From contig JANRLX010000118.1 of assembly GCA_033762115.1 (NCBI GenBank), forward strand, positions 1 to 50,816: DNA of 50,816 nt. The letters are read 5' to 3'. Positions 37,648-46,757 of the stretch are shown here, in pieces (position 1 is the first letter of the stretch; each line of letters opens with the position of its first letter). The stretch comes from Verrucomicrobiota bacterium (GTDB lineage: Bacteria > Verrucomicrobiota > Verrucomicrobiia > Limisphaerales > SXQI01). Position numbers and translations under genes: made by a program. Under the pieces are notes generated by a model. It was not told the DNA's origin, made no database searches, and saw nothing but the letters and a program-made list of their open reading frames with translations.

Positions 37648-38370
37648 TTATTCGTGAGAAAGGCGGTAGAGTATCTGGGCTGGTTTCATTTCATACTGCG
37701 CGACTGTTTTCATCCGCGCATTCGTCAATATCTGCCCTTTGGGAACCGTGACCACCGCCTGGACAGCGTTGGGCTCGAATTCTGTTTCAAAATCCATTTG
37801 CTCCAGGCGAAGCACGGTGTTGGGGGTTACTCGAACCACCAGCCCCTGATCTGCAAAAAAGAGGTCCACGGTGCTGTTTTCCCCGGTTTTCAGAATGGCC
37901 CCCTTTTGCAGGGTAGAATTCACCTTTGCCCGGTTCCATTCCCCTTCCGAAGAATAAACCTGGGCCTCTCCTCGAACCGCGCGAACTTTGACCGGCTTGC
38001 GAGCAGGCTGGCGGGTTACTTTTGCGAGGGATAATTCAGATTGGGGGGCTGCCTTGGACAAAATCAGCGTTGTGCCTGAACTTACTTGAACAAAAGAGCC
38101 GGTATCCTCCATCTGCACCAGGGCAGAACTCTTTCCTTTGGCACGGATTGCAGCGCCCGGTTGCAGGACCTTTCCTGCTTCAAGCGGTTTCCAACCTGTG
38201 CTGTCATAAGCATATTCAACAGCTCCTGTAACTTTCCTAACAACTGCATCCCCGTCAATAGAAGCCCTTGTGGTCGAAGGTATTGGAGATTCATTAACCG
38301 CTTTGGACGAAGGGGCAGCGCTGGTCAGGAGGAATGCGAGAATCAATCTGGTCATCACTATCTTTTTCAT
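37648..38370 (-). CDS. Secreted protein with two tandem FecR-like domains
   Basis: Signal peptide; two similar units (VVRKVTG...W..L.PGAAIRAK..S and VKVRAVRG...W..L.KGAILKTG.NS.VDL). Confidence 0.75.
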   Translation of the reverse strand: MKKIVMTRLILAFLLTSAAPSSKAVNESPIPSTTRASIDGDAVVRKVTGAVEYAYDSTGWKPLEAGKVLQPGAAIRAKGKSSALVQMEDTGSFVQVSSGTTLILSKAAPQSELSLAKVTRQPARKPVKVRAVRGEAQVYSSEGEWNRAKVNSTLQKGAILKTGENSTVDLFFADQGLVVRVTPNTVLRLEQMDFETEFEPNAVQAVVTVPKGQILTNARMKTVAQYEMKPAQILYRLSHE

Positions 38371-38412
38371 ATTTCCGCTTTCTGACAGGCTGTTTGGGCT
38401 ATAGCTTTTATT

Positions 38413-38429
38413 AGCATTGCTTGTGCCAG
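38413..38429 (-). promoter_or_regulatory. Sigma54 (-24/-12) promoter of the FecR-like gene
   Basis: Minus strand CTGGCACAAGCAATGCT = TGGCAC-N5-wTGC, exact GG-N10-GC spacing, about 43 nt before the ATG. Confidence 0.7.
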
Positions 38430-38538
38430 TGAGAAGAAGTGGGAAATGGTGGGAATTAAGTCAGATTTCCCGATTTGGAGGATGGAAAAAGGAACGTTGT
38501 GATCGGCGCTCCTTGGGATTTGGGTGTATACTCCCAGT

Positions 38539-39582
38539 TTAAGGAAGAATCAGACGTTCGATCTGGTATTCCTTGCGATTATCCATCCCCAAACTTAACA
38601 GGGCCGCGTTTGAGTAGATGTCGCGATTAAATTTCGGCTGCTCAATCCCCACTTTTTTTCGTTGAGCATCCAGAGTTTCCAGGGAAAAGAGATCAAGGGC
38701 CACCGGATCTTTGCTGAACCAAAGCTCGTTCAGCACGGCGGCATAATGCAGCAGGCTCCGTTCTTCCCCCTGATATTGGGCAATCAGCGCATCCGTCACA
38801 TTCAAAACCACTTTATCCCCAATAGCTGGCAACGCGTAAATTTCAGGAATGGCAGATGCGAGCCGGGGAGGATCGCTTTCAAAACGAATGGTATTATCCA
38901 CACTGCCAAGGGTCAGACTTCCAAGGCACCCGGCCACCCCTGTTAAATTATGATTCAATAAAGGGGAAACATTGATGATCCGGGTGAGCCGTGAAGTCAC
39001 CAACCTGGAGGCATGGGAACGCCTCCCGACTCCGTCTCCATTTTTTTCAAATTCCAAATCACCGAAAACCAGGCGGCCCAGCAACGGGGTTTCGTAAAAA
39101 TGTTCCGGGGCAAACCCCTCCTCAACTGCGCCGAGCACCTGAACTCCGAGCGTTTCCGCCAGGGCAGTCCAGCCTGCCAGACGGAGGTCCGCAAGGCGTT
39201 TGTCCCAAATGATGATATTGGTGGAAGGAATTCCCGCCGCCTGCAACCCACGAATGATCCCTTCCACAACTGGCTTCCGGGTCCCGCTCGCAGGACCCGG
39301 AGCTGCATAAACTTTAATTCCTATGACATCCGCAGGGTTGACCAGACTACGCCATGCCTCGGCGAGATTGGTCCGACCCGTGAACGTTTTGATCCCTGCA
39401 TGGACTGTTTGAATGACCTCATTGGTTTGCGGCTTGAACGCCACGGTTGCCTGGTTATGAGAAACAATCAGAATGCGTCCATGACCGAGATTGAGGGGGA
39501 TATCTCCTGCCTCCTCGGAGGCGCGGGAATCGAGCATGCCTGCCATGAAGAATGCCAATAAAATCTGAACCAAACTGCGCAT
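38539..39582 (-). CDS. DUF362-domain protein, probably exported
   Basis: PADVIGIKV, NIIIWD, IINVSP..NH, DPVALD; signal-like N-terminus from ATG 39582. Confidence 0.75.
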   Translation of the reverse strand: MRSLVQILLAFFMAGMLDSRASEEAGDIPLNLGHGRILIVSHNQATVAFKPQTNEVIQTVHAGIKTFTGRTNLAEAWRSLVNPADVIGIKVYAAPGPASGTRKPVVEGIIRGLQAAGIPSTNIIIWDKRLADLRLAGWTALAETLGVQVLGAVEEGFAPEHFYETPLLGRLVFGDLEFEKNGDGVGRRSHASRLVTSRLTRIINVSPLLNHNLTGVAGCLGSLTLGSVDNTIRFESDPPRLASAIPEIYALPAIGDKVVLNVTDALIAQYQGEERSLLHYAAVLNELWFSKDPVALDLFSLETLDAQRKKVGIEQPKFNRDIYSNAALLSLGMDNRKEYQIERLILP

Positions 39583-39643
39583 TATAAGGATAAATAGTCG
39601 CGTTTCTTGACGCCTCAAGCGGCGAATGCTACCACCATTCCAA

Positions 39644-41557
39644 ATGCTGACTACCAAATTTTGCCATTGGTGCCGCATGGGTTCAGCATTGGCGCTGGTT
39701 TGCCTGGTCGCGGGCTGTCAACCGCCCGGACCCAAAGCGTTACTACGCGGTGAGCAATTAATCAAGCAAGGGAAAGCTGCCGAAGCGGTCTCTTACTTGC
39801 GGACCGCAACCCAGTTGCTCCCGGAGCATGCACAAGCCTGGAACCATCTGGGTCTGGCTTTGCATGGAAGTGGCAATGCTGTGGAGGCAGTCAAAGCCTA
39901 CCAGCAGGCATTGACGCTGGACCGTAATCTGGCCGCCGCCCGGTATAATCTGGGAATGCTTTACCTGGAACAGGGGCGTCCCGCAGAGGCAATTTCTGAA
40001 TTAACCACCTATACCACGTTGCAACCCAACGCGGAGGCGGGCTGGCGCGCGCTTGCCTCTGCATTGTTGAAAGGTCGGCGCCTGGATGAAGCGGAACGAG
40101 TTTACCAGCATCTACTCCGAAATAATCCGAATGATCCGGAGTTGTTGAACGGGATGGGTGTTTCCCAGCTCCATCGTCGACGTTTACGGGAAGCCCAAAA
40201 TCATTTTGCAGAAGCGAATCGCCTCGATCCTGGTTATGCGCCAGCAATCCTCAACCAGGCGATACTTTCCCAGCATTACATGGGGAATAAAACCTACGCA
40301 TTGCAGAAATATCAGGAGTATCTGGCACTCACGAACTCAGTGGAACGGAATTTCGCCCGGGAAATGGCAAGTCGCCTGGAGGCGGAGTTTGCCGGGATTC
40401 CAACGACTGTCGCAGCCACACCACAGCCCGCAGCCACCAATTTCGTCACAACCAATCGACCGCCGCAAAACACGAATCGAATCACAGTGGAAGCAGAACG
40501 GTTAATGGCCGCCCTGACCAATCGCACCGAAACAGCGACAAATCCCGCAGCCCGGGTCCAGGTGTCAGCTCCTCAAGTGAAAAGCAACAGCACCCCGGCG
40601 AAAGTGGCAGCAACGCCTTCTGCCGCACTCCGCCCGGAGCCAACCAACACCGCTCCAGCAGCGGTTGTTGAAATGCCCGTTCCGGAACCGGTCCCGCCCA
40701 CCGAAGAAGTGAAACTGGATGAAGAACAGATCGCGACGACGGTGAAGGACATTCCCGTGCCGACAGAAGCGAGCCACCGAACTGCACCAAAAACTCCAAC
40801 AAATGTCGTGACTTCCCCGCCTCCATTGATCAGGCCAGTGGAACGTGAGAAGAAAAATTCCTCCTCGCTGGTGCAAAAACTGAATCCAGTTCGCTGGTTT
40901 AAAAAAGAGGAGCAGGAGAAATCGGAAAAAGTGGAACAACCTCAGCCAAAATCACCAGCGGCTGAACCAGCGCCCACGCAGGTCGCTTCCATCCAGAAGC
41001 CTGTCCCTGAACCAGCCAAACCCGCTCCCGTAGCGCCAGTGCCACAATATCCTCGATATAAATATTTGCGACCAGTCGCTCCCAAATCCGGCAACCGTTC
41101 AGCAGCAGTCACGAATTTCACGGAAGGTGTGCGACTGCATCGGGAAAATCGATTCGGGTCGGCAATAGAAAATTATCAAAAAGCCCTCGAACAGGATGGT
41201 TCCTATTTCGAAGCGCAATACAATCTTGGCCTCGCGGCGCTGGCATCGAACGAATTACCGCTGGCTTTGCAGGCTTTGGAAAAGGCAGCGACCCTGAACC
41301 CCAAATCGCCTGAAGCCCAATTTCACCTGGCTCTCGCGCTGAGGCAGGCCGGTTACCCGGTGGACGCAGCACAGCAGCTGGAGGCATTGCTCACCTCAGA
41401 TCCCAAAAATGTCCAGGCGCATTTGACTTTGGGCAATATCCAGGCGCAGGAGTTGCAATCGAGAGCCAAAGCGCGGGAGCATTTTACACGTGTGCTCGAA
41501 CTGGAACCGCAGCATCCACAGGCGCCGACCATTCGTTCCTGGCTGATGACAGAATAA
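39644..41557 (+). CDS. TPR lipoprotein with a Pro/Thr-rich central linker
   Basis: Lipobox LVAGC; N- and C-terminal TPR arrays (AWNHLGLAL, ARYNLGML, AQYNLGLA). Start at 39626 or 39644. Confidence 0.88.
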   Translation: MLTTKFCHWCRMGSALALVCLVAGCQPPGPKALLRGEQLIKQGKAAEAVSYLRTATQLLPEHAQAWNHLGLALHGSGNAVEAVKAYQQALTLDRNLAAARYNLGMLYLEQGRPAEAISELTTYTTLQPNAEAGWRALASALLKGRRLDEAERVYQHLLRNNPNDPELLNGMGVSQLHRRRLREAQNHFAEANRLDPGYAPAILNQAILSQHYMGNKTYALQKYQEYLALTNSVERNFAREMASRLEAEFAGIPTTVAATPQPAATNFVTTNRPPQNTNRITVEAERLMAALTNRTETATNPAARVQVSAPQVKSNSTPAKVAATPSAALRPEPTNTAPAAVVEMPVPEPVPPTEEVKLDEEQIATTVKDIPVPTEASHRTAPKTPTNVVTSPPPLIRPVEREKKNSSSLVQKLNPVRWFKKEEQEKSEKVEQPQPKSPAAEPAPTQVASIQKPVPEPAKPAPVAPVPQYPRYKYLRPVAPKSGNRSAAVTNFTEGVRLHRENRFGSAIENYQKALEQDGSYFEAQYNLGLAALASNELPLALQALEKAATLNPKSPEAQFHLALALRQAGYPVDAAQQLEALLTSDPKNVQAHLTLGNIQAQELQSRAKAREHFTRVLELEPQHPQAPTIRSWLMTE

Positions 41558-41559
41558 GG

Positions 41560-42681
41560 CTAGCGTGAGGGGGGGAATGCCGAGGAGGGGATAAAAAAAC
41601 CACCGCGGGTCGGTGTGATAATGGGAATGCTAACCCCGGCAGGTGAAGTGTTCGCACCCGCCCCAGCGCGCGCTCCCTCGTTGATCGCAACCGCCCGCAC
41701 GAAAGTTGTGAGGATCAGATCCCCATATTTGCTGAGATGCCGGTAAGGACTCAATGGAACGTACACCAGGTCACGCGGTTCGAGTGTCACATCAGGAGCT
41801 TTTCCCTTCACGATCAGGTCATAATCCACAATGGCAATTTTTGGGTCGCTTAGGGAGCCGCGAACGATTGCGACGTGGGACAAATAAGCATCCTTGATCG
41901 GCCCCCCTGCTGCTGCCACCGCAGCAATCAAGGTATTTTGCTGGCGCGAAACTGAGCGGGGATTGCGGACAGCGCCCAGGACATAAATGTCGCGAGTCAG
42001 CGCAGAAGGAAAATAGACAAGATCGTCCGGTTGCAGATAGATGTTCTGAGACATGTCCCCCTGATTCAACAATGCCTCAAAATTCACCGGGATGCGTTCC
42101 CCTCCCCTGACGATAAAGCTGTGGGAAAGGTCCGCCAAATCCTCAGTGGTCCCGGAAGCGCTGGAAGACATGGCACCGCCTGCAAGTGACAATGTTTCCA
42201 AGAGCGTCAACGGAGCAGCCATAGAGTAAACGCCAGGATTTTGAATTCTTCCCAACATCCAGACCCGTTTGCTGTCGATGCCTCGAAGATGGATTGCAAC
42301 CTGGGGGGTGCTCATGTAGCGCTTTAACTCCTCCTGCAGGCGGTCTCGCGCCTCGGTGAGGGTCAATCCCCAGACATCGATTCCCGGCAGCAGATAGTAA
42401 TAAATTTTTCCGTCCGGTCCCACCACAGTGGTGGCGCGGCTGGATAGATCGCCAAGCACTTCGATCTCAAGGCGGTCACCCGGACCCAGGGTAAAGAAGT
42501 TGGTGGGAGCCTGCAGCCATTCGGACTTCAACTGGTTCGTTGCCTGGATGGAGGCAAAGTTGGTGACGGTTGAGAGATGCTTCTCACGTGCGTCAAATTT
42601 AGGTCCTGTTTTGGTGGAACTGCAACCCAATGCAAAGAGCAGCCCGACCATCCCGAGAATTACCCACTGCTTACCCTTCAT
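41560..42681 (-). CDS. Polysaccharide export OPX (Wza-like) lipoprotein
   Basis: Lipobox FALGC; Poly_export motif LGPGD...VGPDGKI; two SLBB units (VWMLGRIQNPG, IYVLGAVRNP). Confidence 0.88.
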   Translation of the reverse strand: MKGKQWVILGMVGLLFALGCSSTKTGPKFDAREKHLSTVTNFASIQATNQLKSEWLQAPTNFFTLGPGDRLEIEVLGDLSSRATTVVGPDGKIYYYLLPGIDVWGLTLTEARDRLQEELKRYMSTPQVAIHLRGIDSKRVWMLGRIQNPGVYSMAAPLTLLETLSLAGGAMSSSASGTTEDLADLSHSFIVRGGERIPVNFEALLNQGDMSQNIYLQPDDLVYFPSALTRDIYVLGAVRNPRSVSRQQNTLIAAVAAAGGPIKDAYLSHVAIVRGSLSDPKIAIVDYDLIVKGKAPDVTLEPRDLVYVPLSPYRHLSKYGDLILTTFVRAVAINEGARAGAGANTSPAGVSIPIITPTRGGFFIPSSAFPPSR

Positions 42682-42684
42682 AGA

Positions 42685-45600
42685 TTATTTTATAATTGGC
42701 CGTGTAAACCATGGCCCAACGTTCACACCTGCATACGCTGTCACAAACCCCTGGATGAACGATTGCGCCGCTTCATCCAAAAGCTCCTCCACCTTGATCC
42801 ATGGCCGTGAACTGACATACACGATGTCCTTCGGCTGCAACCGGAAATCAGGTTCGCGAGCGGACAGGATCGAGTTCATATCCACGGCAAAGGTTTCAGG
42901 CGTGTTCAAGGAGCCGCGGATGACCAGGACCTTCTTTTTATGCGCACGTTGAGAAAAACCGCCCCGGTCTGTAATTGCAGTCACAAGCGTGGCTTGGGAA
43001 AGATAGCCGATGGGGCCGGGATTCATCACCTCGCCAAGAACATAAATTTCATTGATCGAAGAGGCGGCAAAGAAAATGTAATCGTTCGGTTCGATGATGA
43101 TGTTCTGGGTGAGGTCTCCCTCGTGAAAAAGTTTTTCAAGGTTCACCTCCATTTTTTTCCCATCGCGGACAATAAAACTCCGGGAGAGATCAGTCATATC
43201 GACTGTGGTTCGCTCATAAAGTCCGGTTTCGAGCCCCTTTGCCCGGGCGACTGCTTCGAGCAGGGTTAAGGGACGATCCAGCGGATAAACTCCCTTGGCG
43301 TTGACTTTGCCGAGCATGAAATATTTTTTACTGTTGAAAGCCACTGGGGTGATGATCGTTCGAGGCGCGGTATAATATTTACCCAATTCCTCGTCGAATC
43401 TCGCCCGCAACTCTTCAATGGTCAGGCCAGTGGCCATGATACCTGTGGCCTGGAGGAAACTGAGCCGCCCGTCAGGCCCCACAACAATGTTTGTCTTCGT
43501 CAATTCCGGGTGACCAAAAAGCATGAAATCCATGGCGTCCCCCGGTCCCAGCGTGAGTTTTTCCTGCCAGGCAGCCCTTTTGCGCGGAGAGGAAACGCTG
43601 AACGCCAGTTGGGAAGAGGATTGCTCCGAAGCTGGCTCCGCTGTGGACACTGGATCAGCAGCAAAGGCAGTAATACTCATCAAAGTGAGCAGTCCCACGG
43701 AATTGGCAAACCAGCGGGCCAGGCGGATGTTCCATGCGGGTGGCGGCGCATGGTTGAGCACTGCACCCACCAGGTTACAGTTGCCGTAACGCAACGTTTC
43801 AAGATGCTGGGCCGTCTCGGTGGCATCCGGCATTCCGCTTCCGGTCAGCCAGATCAGTTGAGGAACATTTTCTGCGAGAAGAACGGATTCCGGTTCACAG
43901 GCTGGAGGCAACTCGACTAACAGCACGAGGTTATCAATTTTTTTCCAATAGGAAAGCGCGTGCTGCCATTGCTGCCGCCGTTCGAGATTCCAGACCCATC
44001 CAGGCAATGGAATATGGACCACCGGCTCGGCATTTGGGTCCTGGAGTTGTTCAGCCACCTGCATCGGGGAAGCCAGAACGCTGGGTGTCAATGTGGAATC
44101 TTGCGCCTCCACTGGTTCATGGACTTTATTTTCAGGCCCTTCCGTTGCACCGGGGGGCGGAGTGGGCCTTGGAGCTTCTGTTTTTGGGGCTTCAGAAGTC
44201 GGGCGTGTATCCACTGTCAAAACCCTGAGACCCCGCTGGCTGGCGGCGCTGACAAGCAGCTTTACCCAGGTGGAACGTCCCTCTCCATGCCTGGCTGAAA
44301 TGAATCCGCAAACCAGCGCCTGGTGCGGAGAGTAACTCAGTTTTCCCTTTAAAAGGGTCAATGTGCGAAATGCCCAGGCGATTTGTGTGTCTGGGTCCAT
44401 CGTGCGCAGGTCACCGAGAGTGGCAAGGACAGGGAGCTTCGTGAAGCGCTCGACATCAGCCGCCGTTTTCAGGCGGGTGTCCATGACTTCAGTGAGCATG
44501 ACCAATCCCGCAGCCATGACAAATCCCATGAGTCCCCCAGCAAAAGCAATCAGCCCGATTTTTGCCCAGCGGGACTTATTGTTCACCGCCTTGCTTGAAG
44601 CCGGGGAGAAAATTCGGTAGTAGCCCAGGGCATTGTCAACGAACAGTTGCGTGTCGGTTTGCCGTTTTACCAACGCCTGGCGAGTCGCTTCCAAGGTCTG
44701 GATCTTCGTTTTCAGCGTGGCAAATTCGATGGTTTTTTGAGAAAAACCACCCAACCGATTTCTTGCCTCCTCTTTTTGGGTTTCATAATTCTGCAACTGA
44801 TGCTCAAGAGCGCGTTGCTGAACGGTCAATTCCATGATCTGGCGATCAATGTCCCCTGAAATCGGCCCGGCAACCGTTGCGCCAGTTTTAGAAGGAGTTG
44901 AAAGCTCTCCTTTGCCTGCTGCGGATTGCATGTTTTTGATGCGGGCCCTTTGGGCAATCACGAGCGGGTGCTCATCCGTGAAGCCGCGCACATGAAGAAG
45001 ATTTTCCAGCTCCTCCTGGGCGGCGCGAAGTTTTTCGCTGCTGGGGTTATGCTGGCTCTTCTGCTGGGTCAGCGCAGCGAGCTTCATTTTGATCGTGTCG
45101 AGATCCAATCCCATGTTCATGTATTTCGCTTCCAACGCCGAAACCTGGGTGATGAAAGCCTTGGATTCCTCCTCAAAATTATGAAAACCATTTTTTCGAT
45201 TGAACTCGATAAGTTGCTGATTTGCCTTTCCAAGTTCTGCTTCTGCGGCAGCGACCCGTTGCGCAAGATAAGCACTCACATCAACAGATTCACCAGCCTG
45301 CAATACTTTCGAATAACGAACCACCTCCTCCGCATAGAGATTTGCAAGGGTGACCATTTCCTCAACATTTTCATTCCCCTTGACCGTAAGCAGGACAACA
45401 TCCTGGTTTGCAGAAGGAGTGATCGAAATCATCTTCGCCAGCTGGTCCCCCTTGATCATGATTGGCGGGATATTTGTCTGCGCCCGGGCCAGCACGCGAT
45501 TGATCACGTCGCCAGACTTCATCAAGGTAAAGAGCGTCTGATCAGAAAGCTCACGTGAACCGTAAGGGTCCTGCGGTTCGTTGGATTTAAATGCATTGGG

Positions 45601-46008
45601 AATTTCCCGTTTATAAAGTGAGACCGTGACTTTTTGTTTGATGGCGAAAAGCCCGACAAACAGGGCAACCCCTGCCAGGGCCAAAGCTCCGGCGATCAGC
45701 CAAAGCCAGCCGCGCTTTAACGCGGTGAACAGCCGCCAGGGATCAAACGGCAAGGTATAATCCTTTTCCACTTTGGGATTCACACGATTATACGGAAGCT
45801 GACCGACTGGTCGCCTGCGTGCTCCCGCCTCTCCCTGCTCTTTCTCCGAGTTTGGGCGCGTCCACCCCCACGAACCCGTATACTCACGCTGCCCCTTGTT
45901 GTCCTGCTGATGGCCGTTGCTGTTTCCATGCGAACTGCCGTTGCGGCCAGCCTCCTCGCGATATTTTTTGCGCATCGCCGCAATACTGAATTCGTATTCG
46001 TCACTCAT
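42685..46008 (-). CDS. Fusion of a Wzc/GumC-like polysaccharide co-polymerase (degenerate BY-kinase) and an OPX/Wza-like export domain
   Basis: TM1, coiled coil, TM2, DTRLKT..DVERFTKLPVLATL linker, SARHGEGRST P-loop, GAVLN, a third hydrophobic segment, then LGPGD/VGPDG plus two SLBB units, all in one uninterrupted frame. Confidence 0.88.
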   Translation of the reverse strand: MSDEYEFSIAAMRKKYREEAGRNGSSHGNSNGHQQDNKGQREYTGSWGWTRPNSEKEQGEAGARRRPVGQLPYNRVNPKVEKDYTLPFDPWRLFTALKRGWLWLIAGALALAGVALFVGLFAIKQKVTVSLYKREIPNAFKSNEPQDPYGSRELSDQTLFTLMKSGDVINRVLARAQTNIPPIMIKGDQLAKMISITPSANQDVVLLTVKGNENVEEMVTLANLYAEEVVRYSKVLQAGESVDVSAYLAQRVAAAEAELGKANQQLIEFNRKNGFHNFEEESKAFITQVSALEAKYMNMGLDLDTIKMKLAALTQQKSQHNPSSEKLRAAQEELENLLHVRGFTDEHPLVIAQRARIKNMQSAAGKGELSTPSKTGATVAGPISGDIDRQIMELTVQQRALEHQLQNYETQKEEARNRLGGFSQKTIEFATLKTKIQTLEATRQALVKRQTDTQLFVDNALGYYRIFSPASSKAVNNKSRWAKIGLIAFAGGLMGFVMAAGLVMLTEVMDTRLKTAADVERFTKLPVLATLGDLRTMDPDTQIAWAFRTLTLLKGKLSYSPHQALVCGFISARHGEGRSTWVKLLVSAASQRGLRVLTVDTRPTSEAPKTEAPRPTPPPGATEGPENKVHEPVEAQDSTLTPSVLASPMQVAEQLQDPNAEPVVHIPLPGWVWNLERRQQWQHALSYWKKIDNLVLLVELPPACEPESVLLAENVPQLIWLTGSGMPDATETAQHLETLRYGNCNLVGAVLNHAPPPAWNIRLARWFANSVGLLTLMSITAFAADPVSTAEPASEQSSSQLAFSVSSPRKRAAWQEKLTLGPGDAMDFMLFGHPELTKTNIVVGPDGRLSFLQATGIMATGLTIEELRARFDEELGKYYTAPRTIITPVAFNSKKYFMLGKVNAKGVYPLDRPLTLLEAVARAKGLETGLYERTTVDMTDLSRSFIVRDGKKMEVNLEKLFHEGDLTQNIIIEPNDYIFFAASSINEIYVLGEVMNPGPIGYLSQATLVTAITDRGGFSQRAHKKKVLVIRGSLNTPETFAVDMNSILSAREPDFRLQPKDIVYVSSRPWIKVEELLDEAAQSFIQGFVTAYAGVNVGPWFTRPIIK

Positions 46009-46228
46009 GCTGGTAAAAATTGGGCGCGATCAGCGGCCGTTCGGCCATGCAGACGGTCTGTTGCTCGCGCTTGTCCATTTGACTGGTTTTTAAAACGTGA
46101 CCTTGGAGGTCTTGTTTTCTGAAGCAGGTATAAATGGACAGGTGAAGACTCGAAATCGGGTTTGTCCCCGTAATCCGGGGCAGTTGACCGCCCTGAATCA
46201 GGTAGGGGGTTCCCCGAGATCAATAATG

Positions 46229-46259
46229 AAAAAATAACCCGGCATGTGCAGCCGGGCTT
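46229..46259 (-). terminator. Rho-independent terminator after the lysozyme-like gene
   Basis: Minus strand AAGCCCGGC-TGCACAT-GCCGGGTT-ATTTTTT. Confidence 0.8.
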
Positions 46260-46277
46260 TGGTGGAGGAGATGGAAC

Positions 46278-46757
46278 TTAATCCGCTTTTGCGAGGAGAG
46301 TGGTAATCTCCCGCGCCTTTTTCGCCGTGACCCGGTTCACCCGGGAAAGGCTGTAATTGCATTCCGCGAAATTAGCGAGGCCCATATTATATGCGGCATA
46401 AATTTCACCGGCAGTGGGAGCGCGGCCAAGTTTCTTTTTCAATTCCGAATGAATCATCGAAAGGTAATCGGAAGCGTACGCGCGATTGATAAAGGGATGA
46501 TAAACATGCGCTTCGTAGCTATAGACCTTTAAACCGCGGGATTTTCGATAGGCCGAAACATCCACCCAGGCAGCTTCAGAGATCTGGAAATCACCCAGTG
46601 AACGCCCATTATCACCGTACGTAAATTGTCCATGACTGGATTCAATATAACGCACTGCTTTCAACAGCTTTTCTGGAGGACGCCACTCTTTACTTTCCGC
46701 ACTCACTGCACTTCCTGCGAGAACCAGCAAAGCAAGCACCGCGATGTGTTTAGTCAT
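46278..46757 (-). CDS. Secreted lysozyme-like / transglycosylase-fold protein
   Basis: Signal peptide; catalytic-Glu motif AVRYIESS; GDNGRSLGDFQI; AAYNMG. Confidence 0.82.
   Translation of the reverse strand: MTKHIAVLALLVLAGSAVSAESKEWRPPEKLLKAVRYIESSHGQFTYGDNGRSLGDFQISEAAWVDVSAYRKSRGLKVYSYEAHVYHPFINRAYASDYLSMIHSELKKKLGRAPTAGEIYAAYNMGLANFAECNYSLSRVNRVTAKKAREITTLLAKAD

Noticed and set aside
38139..38153. TGGCACGGATTGC, sigma54-like
   Set aside because: Wrong GG-GC spacing, and it lies inside a coding region on the antisense strand.
46005..46223. 72-aa ORF whose stop overlaps the Wzc-OPX start (ATGA)
   Set aside because: Weak TTG start right after a terminator, no RBS, unstructured sequence; more likely promoter/UTR, though not excluded.
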